Shown: positions 37,571-50,550, counted from the first letter of the whole stretch. The stretch is 62,868 nucleotides of DNA, filler included, from Chiloscyllium plagiosum (GCF_004010195.1; 3 parts of one record of this genome joined end to end with filler, not necessarily neighbours in it); one strand, 5' to 3'. Numbers and translations: made by a program. The notes: generated by a model from the sequence alone, not told the origin.

Positions 37571-37722
37571 CATTTAAAAGGCATTTGGATGGGACTATGA
37601 AGAGGAACGTTTTGGAGGGAAATGGGCCAGGTGCTGGCAGGTGGGACTAGATTGGGTTGGGATATCTGGTTGGCGTGGACGAGTTGGACCAAAAGGTCTG
37701 TTTCCATGCTATACTGTCTATG
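37571..37722 (+). mobile_element. CR1/HER1 LINE 3'-terminal ~150 bp, joined directly to U6
   Basis: CATTTAAAAGGCATTTGGATGGG...TGGACGAGTTGGACC...GGTCTGTTTCCATGCT...CTATGA matches the 3' ends of CR1 copies at about 12229-12388 and 55617-55770. Confidence 0.9.
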
Positions 37723-39923
37723 ATGCTGCAGATGCATTGAGCAAAATATGCAGTTTGAATGAGGATGGACTGCTTAAACATTTGCCTGAGTTTAGCTGCT
37801 TTTTACTGCATTTTAAAACTGATTTATCTGCTATTTACCTGACCATCTGAATAATTTCAGATCAGCTCTTCTCACCCTTGTGGAAAATTAGAAATGTTAA
37901 TTGTGTATTCTACAACTTCAAATGGAGTTTTACAGTCATAGAAACTGCAGTCTCTTGGTAGTCTTTCTGATTTTTAAATAGGCTTTTTAAAAATTGAAGT
38001 TATTAACCAGCTCTATTTTATTGATCAAAAGCTAATGCTCTGGACTACCAGCTACCCATCCCACCACAGCAATATGTGGAATTTAATTCAATTGATTTAA
38101 AGCACTGGAATTGAATGCTTTTCTCTTGGTTTTTTTAATCAATTGTTGTAGAACTCATCTGGCTCACTGATCACAACTCTTTTTTTTTAAAGCAAGGAAA
38201 TCTACCATCGTTACCTGTTCTGGCCCATGTGGGACTCCAGACTCTCCTCAATATAATGAATTTTTTCAATTGCCCTCTGCACTGGCCTTGTGAGCCCATC
38301 AATTGTGCCAACCTGATAGCAGTTTTGTTGTACCTGGACCAGAGGAACTGCAGGGGTTCAGGAAGGTGGTTAATCACCTTTTTTTTAGTGGTAATTCGAA
38401 TTCGCAAAAAATGCTGGCTTTGCCAATGACCGCCATATCCTGTGCACCTTTCTTTTAAAATCAGGGGTTGATTATTTCAGGAACATTAAATTTATACATG
38501 TATGAAACTGACAGGCTCAAAATTGACCAAAGTATCATTCACACTATCTCCGTACTAGCATCTGTAACATCCTGGCAAACATCCCTCTATCTCTCCTGTT
38601 GTCCTTTTTTTTTTTGAGTTGAAGTTTTGGGGAACTTCTCTGCACGCCAAAGGCAGTGCAAATGAATTCCAGGTGTCCATAAAAGCAGACCTACAAATGT
38701 GAGTTCAGAGCAGGAGTAGGCCACTGGGGGCCACTTAGCCTCCTCTTCCATTCAATAAGATCATGTCTGATCTGATTATGGACTCCATTTTTTAAATCTT
38801 CCTGTACCTGGGCCTACAACTCCTTTTCTCTTAGTCGAGACTCTATTCAGTCCTGCCTTCAAAACATTCACTGAACAAACCTCTAATGCTCAATGGGAAG
38901 AGAATTTGAGTTATTACCTTCTGAAAGAATTTCTCCTTATATTTTAAACCGTGACTCCTCCATTCTATATTCTCCCACATAAGGAAAAAGAGTTATCACC
39001 TCTACCTTATCAAGTCCCTTCTATTGTGTTTCAATCAAGTTGCCTCCTAGGATTCTAAATTCCAATGGATACAGGCTCAAATTCTCTGGGGTCTCTTTCA
39101 GATAAAGGTATCTTTTTTTCCTCCAAAGAGGGTCTGCTTAACTAATGTTGACTACTCCCTCACTGTGGCTCCCTCACTTGCTGATGCCCATTACACACAA
39201 TACAGCCCTCAGTATGGATCCCTATAATATTCTACTTGTCACCATCTGCCAACCCACAACACTATTTGACATGGAAACAGAAATAGGCTATTCGCCCTCT
39301 TTTTGATTTTGCGCTACTGCTTGGTGAGATCATGGGTCATCTAGTAATCCTCAACTCTTTTCTTTTATAGTCTTTTGTCAATAACCCTTGATTTCCTAAT
39401 GGATTGGAAAAATCTGTCTGCCTCAGCATTGAGTATATTTAATGACCCAGCCTCGACAGGCCTCTGTGGTGAAGAATTCCACAGCTCCACTACCCTCAAA
39501 AGAAGAAAATTTTCCTCTACCTTTTGCTTTTAAATCTGCAACCCCTTGCTTTGACATTCTCCTCTGGTCCTAGTCTCTCACAAGTGTTAACAACTTTTCT
39601 ACACTTAACGCTGTTAGGTTTCCAAGAAATCTGTGTTTCAATTAACCTACCTCTTATTCTTAAAAGGTACAGAGTCAACCTCTCGTCATAAGACAGTCCC
39701 TCCATGCCTGGTACCAGCTTAGTGAACCTTCTCTGGATAGCCTTCTACATTACTAAAGTACTCCAGCTGGGTCTTGTGTAGTTTTAGCAAAACTTCCCTT
39801 TTGAAATAAAAGCCAACATGCCATTTGCCTTCCCTATTACTTGCTGAACTTGGGTGCTGCCTTTTTGTGATTCTTATAGAAGGATCCCCAAATCCTTTAG
39901 TGTTGCAACTTTGAATTGAATTT

Positions 39924-40156
39924 TAGGTTTGTTTAGATTCCCTACGGTATGGAAACAACAGGCCCTTTGGCCCAACAAGTCCACACTGACCCTCCGAAGA
40001 GTAACACCCTGACCCATTCCCCTTCCCTATGTTTACCCTTGACTAATGCATCTAATACTATGGGCAATTTAGCATGGCCAATTCACCTGACTTTCAAAGC
40101 TCTGGATTGTGGGAGGAAACCGGAGCACCTGGAGGAAACCCACACAGACACGAGGA
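39924..40156 (-). mobile_element. 5'-truncated HE1-type SINE inserted in a Rex1 tail
   Basis: Consensus match; GAATTGAATTT duplicated at 39913-39923 and 40157-40167. Confidence 0.8.
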
Positions 40157-40775
40157 GAATTGAATTTATTGTCACATGTACTGAGGCACAGTGAAAAGCT
40201 TTGTCTTGCGAGGAATACAGGCAGATCAGAGTTAAGTAGCATAACTAAGTAAATTATAGGTAAACAGCGGCAAAAACAAAAATCGGTTAGCAGAAACTGT
40301 TTTGGAACCTGCTGGTACGTGTTCAGGCTTCTCTACCTTCTCCAATGGTAGAGGTTGTAGAAGAACGTTGTCAGGGTAGGATGGAACTTTGAGAATGTTG
40401 ATGGCCTTTCCTTAACAGCAGGTTTGGTAGATGGATTCTATAGTTGGGAGGTTGGCCTTTGTGATTATCTGTCTGGGCCGAATTCGACACTCTGTAACCA
40501 TCTCTGATCTTGAATGGTACAGCTGTCATACCAGGTAGTGATACATCTAGACATCATGTTCTTGATAGCGCACCTATAAAAGTTGGCAAGGGTATTTGCC
40601 ATCGTGCCAAATTTCCTCAGCTGCCTGAGGAAGAAGTGACATTGGGCCTTTGTAACCAGTGTGTCCACATGAAGAGTCCAAGAAAGCTTGTTGTGGATGA
40701 CCACTACCAGGAGCTTGACCCTCTCCACTCGTTCCACCTCTTTGCTGTCCTTGTATAAGGAGACATGAGTAACAT
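40157..40775 (-). mobile_element. Rex1/Babar-clade LINE 3' fragment (second tail copy at about 59493-59660)
   Basis: VERVKLLVVVIHNKLSWTLHVDTLVTKAQCHFFLRQLRKFG...NFYRCAI...CITTWY resembles the Rex1 ORF C-terminus; AATAAA(TTCAA)n tail. Confidence 0.75.
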
Positions 40776-41683
40776 CCCACTGCATTTCTCCTGCAATATC
40801 CTGCAGCATTTCTCCATTTAAGTAGTATTCACTCCTTCTATTCTTCCTGCCAATGTCCATAACCTCATTCCCCACATTAGACTCCATTTGCCAAGTTTTT
40901 CACTGGACCTGTCTGTGTTCCTCTATATTTGTTATCCTTGCTCCATATTTCTAACACTTTTTTTTTTTAAAAAGTAATTCCCCACAAACATGGTGATAGT
41001 GCACTCCTTTTTCTTCCCAAGTCAGGGATATGTTACAAAATCCAGCCCCAGCTAGGATTTTTGTGGTACTTTTTTACTGGTTATATGGTACCATCCAGAA
41101 TGTCTCCCTCTACATGTTATTACAACTCTCTGGCTAGTTGATAAGTGGCAGTTATCTATCCATGCTAATAGCTATCTCCAATGCAATGGGCTCTTATTGA
41201 CTGTGGTACTTTATCAAATGCCTTCTGAAAATTCAAATATGATACATCCACTGCTTTTTTTATCAATCCCATTTGCTACCACTTCAAAGAATTCTAATAA
41301 TCTTGTCAGGTTTATCTTTGTCTTTGTCTTTTTTTTTTTTAACCCTTCACAGAACTATGCTGACTTGACTTGATCATCTGCATTTTCAAATGTTTTGCTA
41401 TTACATCTTTATATAATAGACTCTAGCATTTTCCTCAATGAAACACAGTAAGCTAACTAACCTTTTCTCCCCTCTTTTTCCTCCTCCAATTTTTGGATAA
41501 AGGTGTTACATCAGCAATTTTCCCATTGGCTTGTGTCTTTTACTGAATCCAAGGATTTTTCGAAGACTACGAGTACATGCATTATCTCTAATTATACTTT
41601 AATATCCTGGGATACAACTGATCAGGTTGGGAACTTATCAGCCTTCATGCCTATTTAGCTTCCCAACATTTTCTGTTATTATT

Positions 41684-43520
41684 TAGAACGTTGAACATTA
41701 CAGCGCAGTACAGGCCCTTCGGCCCTTGATGTTCCACCGACCTGTGGAACCAATCTGAAGCCCATCTAACCTACACTATTCCATTCTCGTCCAAATGCCT
41801 ATCCAAGGAGTATTTAAATGTCCTTTAAAGCTGGTGAGCGTACTAGTGTTGCAGGCAGTCTGTTCCACACCTCCTCCTGCTCTGAGTAAAGAACCTACCT
41901 CTGACATCTGTCCTATATCTATCACCCCTCAATTTAAAGCGATGTCCCCTCATGCTAGCCATTGCCACCTGAGGAAAAAGACTCACTGTCCAATCTATCT
42001 AACTCTGATTATTTTGTGTCTCAATTAAGTCACCTCTCGACGACTCTCTAATGAAAACAGCCTCCAGTCCATCAGCCTTTCCTCATAAGATGTTTCCTCC
42101 ATACCAGACAACATCCTAGTAAATCTCCTCTGAACCCTTTTCCAAAGCTTCCACATCCTTCCTATAATGTGGTGACCAGGACAGTACCCAATATTTCAAG
42201 TGTGGCTGCACCAGAAGTTTGTGCAGCTGCAGGATGATCTCGTGGGTTCTGAAACTTAATCACACTACAATAAAAGCTAACACACCATATGTCACGTTAA
42301 CAACCTATCAACCTTGGGAACTTTTCAAGGATCTGTATACCTGGACACAGATCTCTCTGCTCATTTGCACTACCAAGAATCTTACCATTAGTCCAGTACT
42401 CTGCATTCCTGCTGCTCCTTCCAAAGTGAATCACCTCACACTTTTCCACATTAAACTCCATTTGCCACCTCTCAACCTAGCTCAGCAGCTTATTTATGTC
42501 TCTCTGTAACCTGCAACATCCTTCGTGACTATCCACAACTCTATCGACCTTAGTGTCATGCACAAACTTACTAACCCATCCTTCTATGCCCTCATCCAGG
42601 TCATTTATAAAAATGATAAACAGTGCACCCAAAAAGATCCTTGCAGTACCCCATTAATAACTGAACTCTAGGATGAATATTTCCCATCAACCACCACCCT
42701 CTGGCTTTCAGCTAGCCAATTTCTGATCCAAACTGTTAAATCCCCCTCAGTCCTATGCCTCCACATTTTGTACAATAGCCTACCATGAGGAACCTTATCA
42801 AATGCCTTACTGAAATCCATATACACCACATTAACTGCTTTATCCTCATCTACCTGTTTGGTCACCTTCTCAAAGAACTCTAAGGTTTGTGAGGCATGAC
42901 TTGCCCTTCTCAAAACAGTGTTGACTATCCCTAATCAACCTAATCCTCTCTGGATGATTATAAATCCTATCTCTTATAACCCTTTGAAACACTTTGCTCA
43001 CAACTGAAGTAAGGCTCACAGGTCTATAATCACCAGGGTTGTCTCTGCTCCCCATCAACAAAGGAACAACATTTGCTATCCTCCAGTCTTCTGGCATTAT
43101 TCCTGTAGACAATGATGACATGAAGCTCTAAGTCAAAGGCTCGGCAATCTCCTCCATGGCTTCCCAGAGAATCATAGGACAAATCCCATCCGGCCCAGGG
43201 GACTTGTTTATTTTCACCCTTTCCAGAACTGCTACCATTTCCTCCTTGTGAACCTCAATCTCACCTCGTCTAGTAACCTGTATCTCCGTATTCTTCTCAA
43301 CCTTTGTCTTTTTTTTAATGTGAATACTGATGAAAAGTATTCATTTAGTGCTTCCCCTGTCGTCTCTGACTCCACTCACACTTCCCACTACTATGTTTGA
43401 TTGGCCTTAATCTTACTCTAGTCATTCTTTTATTCCTGATATAGGTATAGAAAGCCTTAGGGTCTTCCTTGATCCTATCTGCCAATGACTGCTCTGGCTC
43501 TTCCATCTTAGCCCCCTCAT
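41684..43520 (-). mobile_element. CR1 LINE ~1.8-kb RT-to-tail fragment
   Basis: PEDWRIANVVPL, YRPVSLTSVV, GKSCLTNL, VVYMDFSKAFDKVPHGRLL. Confidence 0.92.
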
Positions 43521-44127
43521 TTGGTACTTTTAATGCTATTAGTGATCACTTTTCTATCATGAATAATGGCACAAAATATTCATTCTACCCCTTTGCCATT
43601 TCCTGGTTCTTCATGTTACCTCCCCAGGTTCATTCTCTCGGTGACCTATGTTCACTTTGGTCCCTGTTTCTTCAATATTTAAAGAAGCCGCTACCATTTG
43701 TTTTGATATTACTTGCTAGCTTTATCCACCTGTGTAATTTGTCCCTGTCTTCTATTAGTCGTCTTTTGATTTTTAAAACTTTTCTAGTCCTCTGTGTTAT
43801 TACTAATCTTTTCCACAATTGTATGTCTGTTTTATTTTCATTTGATACTTTCCCGTTGACTGGGCAGCATCTGCAAGGGAAAGAAACAAGGGTTCATGTT
43901 TCAGGTTGATTGTCTTTTTCAAGAGAGCTTTGTTCTGAGCTTAATTAACAGGGCAACAAACCAGTTAATGTGATCCTATCTAAGCTAAATATTCCATCCT
44001 ATTTAATGGTATGCTACTTAGCTTGATTACTCAGTTAAATTCCCTGTACTCTACTCTCTCTTGTGGCATGACCATTTTCATTGTTTCATGGCTGTAGCTG
44101 CCTAGGCTGCAAGCTCTGGAATTCACT

Positions 44128-44521
44128 CCATCTTTCCTTTCTAGTAACCAATCTTCTTGAGCACTTCTTGCAAGTACACAGCTTGTGTCTGGTCTTGAGC
44201 ATTTTTCTTTTTTCCCCCCATACTCCAGCTATCCACATTTCTGCCTTACTTTTGTTTCTCTTTTTAAAATGAATCTTGAAGCTTGAGTTCTGAGCTAATA
44301 TTGCCTTTTTGTGTGGCCTGGTGTTGCATTTTTTTTTTGTAATGGCTGGGTGAAATGCCTTGGGATATCTTATTCTGATTTAAACGTGCGACAGAAGTAG
44401 AAGTGATATGTTGGCAATTGTTTTGGAGTATGGGGGAAAAGAAAATGCTGATGATCAGACATAACCGTGTACTGGCAAGGAGAAATGCTCAAGAAGATTG
44501 GTTACTAGAAAGGAAAGATGG
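44128..44521. repeat. ~100-bp inverted repeat (44128-44228 / 44423-44521)
   Basis: CCATCTTTCCTTTCTAGTAACCAATCTTCTTGAGCA is the exact reverse complement of 44486-44521, and similarity extends inward to CCCCCATACTCCA. Confidence 0.85.
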
Positions 44522-45788
44522 GAATTTGGATTTCTATGGTGTCATTTGCATTCTTGTATTAAAAATTGTTTCCTAGCTGTGAATGAACTTTGTGTAACTA
44601 TTGCTGTAATGAAGGAAATGCAGCAACCAAAATTAAATGAAGCAAGATCCCACAAACAGTATTACAACAATGACTAGAGTTTATTTTCATGATAGTGGGA
44701 TAAATGTTGGCCATGACTCTTAATATTTCCAATTCCTAAATACTGCCACAGGATGCTTTGCATCTACCTCTTAAGGGCAGACAACACTTCCCATTTAGAA
44801 GGTTGTGAACAACCTTCTGGAGAACATATGAGCAATGTTGATTTTTCCTTGTCCTCCTCCTCCCAGAAGATAGCTCATTAGTGAATGCCTTCCAGAGGAA
44901 GCAACAGAACTGGTTCAAAATAGAAGACCAAGGGTGAAGGTGGAGGGTTACCTTTCAGACTGGAGACCAGTGGTGTGCCACAATGATCAGTGCTGGGCCC
45001 ACTGCCTTTTGTCATTTATATAACTGATTTGGATATGAACATAGAAGGTATAGTAAATAAGCTTGCAGATGACACAAAAATCGGTGGTCTAGAAGACTGT
45101 GAAGGTTACCTCCGAATACAACGGGATCTTGAACATTTGGGCCAGTGGCAAGAGAAATGGCAGATGGAGATTAATTTAGATAAATGCGAGGTACTGCATT
45201 TTGGGAAAGCAAATCTTAGCAGGATGTATACACTTAATGGTAAGCTCATGGGAGTGTTGGTGAACAAAGAGACCTTGGAGCGCAGGTTCATCACTCCTTG
45301 AAAGTGGAGTCACCAGTAGATAGGATAGTGAAGAAGGCGTTTGGTATGCTTTCCTTTATTGGTCACAGTATTGAGTATAGGAGTTGGAGGTCATGTAGCA
45401 GCTGTACAGGACATTGGTTAGGCCACTTTTTTTGTGAAACATGAAAGGGTTCAGAAAAGATTTACAAGGATGTTGCCAGGATTGGTGGGTTTGAGCTACA
45501 GGGAGAGGCTGGGGCTGTTTTCCCAGCATCTGAGGCTGAGGGGTGACCTCCGAGTTTTACAAAAACAAGAGGGGCATGGATAGGATAAATAGACACGGTC
45601 TTTTCCCTGAGAGTCCAGAATTAGAGGGTGTACATTTAAGGAAGGGGAAAGATTAAAAAGGACCTGGGGGCAACTTTTTCACACACACAGGGTGGTGTAT
45701 GTGTGGAATGAGCTGTCAGAGGAAGTAGTTGGAGGCTGGTACAATCCCAACATTTTAAGTCATCTGAATGGGTATATGAATAGGAAGG

Positions 45789-45906
45789 TGAAGGGCTTTT
45801 GCCCGAAGGTGAAGCCCTGATGAAGGGCTTTTGCCCGAAACGTCGATTTTGCCTGTCCTCGGATGCTGCCTGAATTGCTGTGCTCTTCCAGCACCACTAA
45901 TCCAGA
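45789..45906 (+). mobile_element. Solo Penelope pseudo-LTR in a CR1 3' region, 15-bp TSD
   Basis: ATATGAATAGGAAGG at 45774-45788 and 45907-45921. Confidence 0.85.
45817..45844 (+). ncRNA. Minimal hammerhead ribozyme core (Penelope pseudo-LTR)
   Basis: CUGAUGA-A-[GGGC UUUU GCCC]-GAAA-CG-UC. Confidence 0.6.
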
Positions 45907-47949
45907 ATATGAATAGGAAGGGTTTAGATGGATTGGGGCAAGTGTTGACAAATGGGACAAGATGAATTTAGGATATCTGGTCAACATGGAAGAGTTGGAC
46001 TGACTGATCTGTTTCCATACATCTCTATGACTGCATGACTCTAGTTGATTGGTGTTGCTCTAAAGCAAGTGAACTTGCAAAAGATATTAGAGAGATGTCA
46101 ACTAAAGTGGGAGGAAAAGAAACGCTGTTTGAAAATCTGAGCTTCTGAGGGAGGTACTCCATGCAACTGAATGGAAATACATATTTTTGAAAATGTACTG
46201 CTGTTCAGGATGAAGGCTGCTGCCACTATCCTGTCCAAAGTATAGGACCAGCTTGGTCTAGTATGGTCGAGGAAAAAACACTAGTCTATCTAGCAGTGAC
46301 TGGAAGATGTTTTTTGCCTATTAGCAGCAAGTTACAGGTTTCCTTGAAATTGAGAGACTTGCAGAAAATTTGAGGACACTCATTGGGTAGCAAGAGAGGA
46401 AAACCCAACCAATCTATATAACATTATGGCGAGTGGTACTTTGTGGCACTGCATTGTATTGACATTTGCAAATCCATGTGTAACAGGTAAGGTATTGAGA
46501 AAACTGCAAACTATCTGCCTTTGGGAAGAACTACTATTGATGAGGCTATGCCTGGAATAATGTGTACAGTTTTTTGTTTTCCTTTCATAAGGAAGGAGTG
46601 CAATAACCAGTTTCACCAATAAAGAGAATGTCTTACAAGGAGTGAATGAACAGACTAGGCCTGTGTGCCCTGAGGTTAACAATGAGAGGCATTGGGGAAA
46701 GTGGTTTCCATTGCAGATGTTATATAAAACAACATTCAAGCTCAATCAAATAGGGATTTATTTCCTTACACACAAACACCAATTGCACCAATTTCCTAAT
46801 TTAACTGCAGCACTTAGTCACTTCTGTTGTAAAACATGTGCACGTATGTTTTATTTTCAACCAATGTTGTTTGATCCAAATAGATAAAATTTGTGAAAAA
46901 TCTTGTGTGCGTGCTCTTATTTAGATACTGTTTCTAGGACTAATCAGTGTGTAAGATCAAATGTACAAGTTATCGTTTTCAGTAAGTTAGGAGCTGCCAT
47001 GTCGAGTCCTAATTTTAACTGGGCTATGTTGTCATTGCTAAAGTCTGATTTATTTCTTAAATATTTGAAAACTTGTATGTTCCAATATTTAAGTTCTTGC
47101 TATGTTGGGAATTGCATAATTGATCAATAATTGCTTTATATGGTATCCATGACAACTGGCTTGCTTCCCCTCATGATTTGATTTTTGAAAAACATTTTAT
47201 TTACTAAGTCTGCTCCTGGATATGACCTCTTACCTTTTTTTTAAGGTGTCATTAAATGATCATTTTTACTTCAATCCAGACTGATGTAATGGGCAGTTCT
47301 CCAATATGTCTGATGCTACCATTGGCACTTGCGGGAATCTTACTTTCAAACTGGGGAATGCTGTTTAAAAAAAAACAAGAAGCGAGCCACTTGTCCCCTT
47401 GAGCCTGTTCTGTTCTTCAGCTGGGCCATGGCTGACTTTATATTTAACTTAAGTTTTCACTTTCTTCTCGTAGTCCCCAAGTTCCTTTTTTAATATCCAA
47501 AAATCTATTGACTTCCGCCTTCAATAGATTCAATTAGAGCATTCATTTAATTGAGTTACAAAGTTCCAAAGATCCACAACTCTCTAGATGAAGAAATATA
47601 TCTTCTCTTCTCTTGACCCCTTTTTTTATTTCTGATTCTCTTCAATTTTTTTGAACCTTGACCCTGATCAAGCCCCTTAAGAATTTTATATCTTTCATTG
47701 AAATCCTTTTTTTTAATTTAAACTCCAGGGAACAGAGACCTTGTATACATTACCTCCCTTCATTGTGTAATTCCTTCAATTGTTTGGCTATCTCCAGGCT
47801 TAGTGCAGATTTGGTTTCTTTCAATCCCAAAATGATGTTGTGAATGAGGGTAGCTACCTTTTTTTTTTTCTCTGATCTAACTTGACAAGTCTTGAGTTAA
47901 CAATCCCCAAAGCAGCCCCAGTACAAATGGATCAGATCTAAGCTCTATA

Positions 47950-49815
47950 GTCCAATTGTTGTGAACGGTGACAGACAATTAAACAAATCACTGGAGGAGG
48001 AAGCCCCACAAGTATACCCAACCTCCATGATGGAAGAGTCCAGCACATCCGTGCAAAAGATAAGGCTGTCATTTGCAGCAATCTTTAGCCAGAAGTGCCG
48101 AGTGGATGATCCATCTTTGCCTCTTCCGGTGGTATGCAGCATTACAGATACCATTCTTCAGACACAAAATCAGAAAATGCTGCAAAGTCTCAGCAGCTCT
48201 GGCAGCATCTGTGGAGAGAAATCAAAATTTCCCTCTACGAAAGGGTCATTGAACCCAAAACATTAACTGATTTCTCTCCACAGATGCTGCTAGATCTGCA
48301 GAGCCTCTTCAGCAATTTGTCTTTGTTTCCAATTTCCAGCAATTGCAGTTTTTTTTTCAGTTTTTATCCAGTATTCGACCAATTTGATTCATTCCATGTG
48401 ATATCTAAAAAGGGGCAGAAGGCACTGGATACTGCAAGGGCTATGGGCTGTGATGATCCAGCAACAGTACTGAAGACTTGTGCTCCAGAACTTGCTGCTC
48501 CCCTAGCCAATAATTGTTACTCAAGACTCCCCTGGTCAAGCTGTTCCAGTATAGTTACAACATTGGCATCTACCAGACAATATGGAAAATTGCCCAGGTA
48601 TGTCCTGTACAGAAGCAGGCGATGGAAGGTGTCATCAACAATGCTACCAAGGAACATCTCAGCAAGAACCTGCTCAGTGACTACCAGTTTGGATTCCACC
48701 AGAGCCACTCTGTTCCTGACCTCATTATGCCCTTGGTTCAAACACTGTTCAAAGCACGGAATTCAGAGATTAAATGAGGTGAGTGACTCCCTCCATGTCA
48801 AGGTTGGGATGGAGGGGCTGGAAATTCTCCCCTGGTTAGAGTTATACTGAGCACATCGCAAGATGCTCTCATTTGTTGGAGGCCAGTCATCTCTGCTGCA
48901 GGACATTCCTGCAAAAAATCCTCAGGATAGCATCCTAGGTCCAACCACCTTTTTTCCAGCAGTTTCATCAATGATCCTCCCTCCATCATAAGGTCAGAAG
49001 TGGATGTTCACGGGCAGACTTCTCAGCACCATTTGCAGCTTGATGGATACTGAGGCAGTCTATGCTTAAATGCAACAAGACCTGGACAATATCTAGGTTT
49101 GGACTGGCAAGTAACATTTTCACTATACAAACACCAGGCAACAACTATCTCCAATAAAACAACGAACAATCTAACCATCATCCTGTGACATCATGGCATT
49201 ACCATTAATGAGTTCTCCTATCAACTTCCTGGGGTTACCATTTAAGTAGGAACTCAACTGGATTCATTGCACAAAAATATAGTAGCAACAAGAGCAGGTC
49301 AGAGGTTAAGAATACTGCAGTGAATAAGTCTCCTCCTGACTCCCCCAAAGCCTGTCCACCATTCTTGAGACAAGTGAGAAGGAATATTTCCCATTTGCCT
49401 GGATGCATGCAGCTCCAGTAATGCTCGACACCTTCCAGCCATCTTGATTGACACCACATCAACAAACATTTGTCACGCTACTGCATTCAGTAGCAGCAGT
49501 GTGTACCTTTTTTTTTTAAGACAGCACCTTCCAAACCCACAGCTACTTCCATCTTGAAGGATAAGGGCAGCAGATACATAGGAATACTGTCACCTTCAAG
49601 TTCCCTCTCCAAACCTCCCCTTATCCTTATTTGGATTTATATTGTCATTTCTTTTGTGTCACTGGGTCAAAATCCTGGAATTCCCTCCCTAACAGCATTG
49701 TGGGTCAACCTACAGATACGTAGGTGGTAATGATTTCATGAAGGCAGCAAACTACCAACTTCTCAAGGGCAACTAAAAATGACAAATACTTAACCAGCCA
49801 GTAATGTCTGTGCCC
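47950..49815 (+). mobile_element. Second CR1/L2-group LINE family, RT-to-tail fragment (3' copies at about 24975-25700 and 28735-29200)
   Basis: TVLKTCAPELAAPLA, KLFQYSYNIGIYQTIWKIAQVCPV, LLSDYQFGF; shared 3' end GTCAAAATCCTGGAATTCC...CTTCTCAAGGGCAA. Confidence 0.8.
48165..48347. mobile_element. Older fold-back Penelope pseudo-LTR inside a LINE (similar diverged pieces at about 28125-28295, 36645-36750 and 43860-43920)
   Basis: GCAGCATCTGTGGAGAGAAATCA and its reverse complement TGATTTCTCTCCACAGATGCTGC flank GGGT-CATTGA-ACCC. Confidence 0.6.
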
Positions 49816-50280
49816 ATGATTTATTGCAACTATTTCACCGTTCTTATATAAATGACCTAAATTACAACAGACTGTTCGGGCAAACTAGCTATTACTAGCA
49901 GTCACTAGTTCAAGGTGAGGGGAAAAGTTTAAGGGAAATGTGTGGAAAATCTTTACGGACAGGGTGGTGGGTTGCCTTGAATGTGTTGCCAGCAGAGGTG
50001 GTAGAGACGGGCACTATACATCTTAGATGATGCTATCTAGACACCATACATGAATGGTAAAAACAATGACTGCAGATGCTGGAAACCAGATTCTGGATTA
50101 GAGTGGTGCTGGAAAAGCACAGCAGTTCAGCAGCATCCAGGGAGCAGGAAAATTGACGTTTTGGGCAAAAGCCCTTCAGGAATACAGGCAGAGTGCCTGG
50201 AGGGTGGAGAGATAAATGAGAGGGGGGTGGGGGTGGGGTTCTAATCTAGTTTGGAACAGATTGCCAGCTGAGGTGATAAA

Positions 50281-50380
50281 NNNNNNNNNNNNNNNNNNNN
50301 NNNNNNNNNNNNNNNNNNNNNNNNTTAATTAATTAANNNNNNNNNNNNNNNNNNNNNNNNNNNNNNNNNNNNNNNNNNNN
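50281..50380. other. Assembly gap with artificial linker (44 N + TTAATTAATTAA + 44 N)
   Basis: Same structure as 29731-29830. Confidence 0.95.
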
Positions 50381-50522
50381 TCCCGACCTCTCCGCCCCCA
50401 CCCCCGTCTGACCTATCACCCTCACCTTGACCTCTTTCCACCTATCACATTTCCGACGCCCCTCCCCCAAGTCCCTCCTCCCTATCTTTTATCTTAGCCT
50501 GCTGGACCAACTTTCCTCATTC

Positions 50523-50550
50523 CTGAAGAAGGGCTTATGCCCGAAACGTC
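50523..50550 (+). ncRNA. Minimal hammerhead ribozyme core (Penelope pseudo-LTR)
   Basis: CUGAAGA-A-[GGGC UUAU GCCC]-GAAA-CG-UC. Confidence 0.65.

Larger units (their letters stand above)
39270..41680 (-). mobile_element. Old CR1 LINE interrupted by Rex1 and HE1 insertions
   Basis: MEGLSYDERL (ORF 39517-39705) and decayed RT motifs at 40800-41650. Confidence 0.7.
44920..46043 (+). mobile_element. CR1/HER1 LINE 3' ~1.1 kb
   Basis: LGPLPFVIYITDLD, KLADDTKIGG, WQMEINLDKCEVLHFG and the family tail. Confidence 0.92.

Noticed and set aside
48134..48850. 238-aa ORF
   Set aside because: A chance read-through of a Penelope hairpin and out-of-frame LINE RT pieces, not a host gene.
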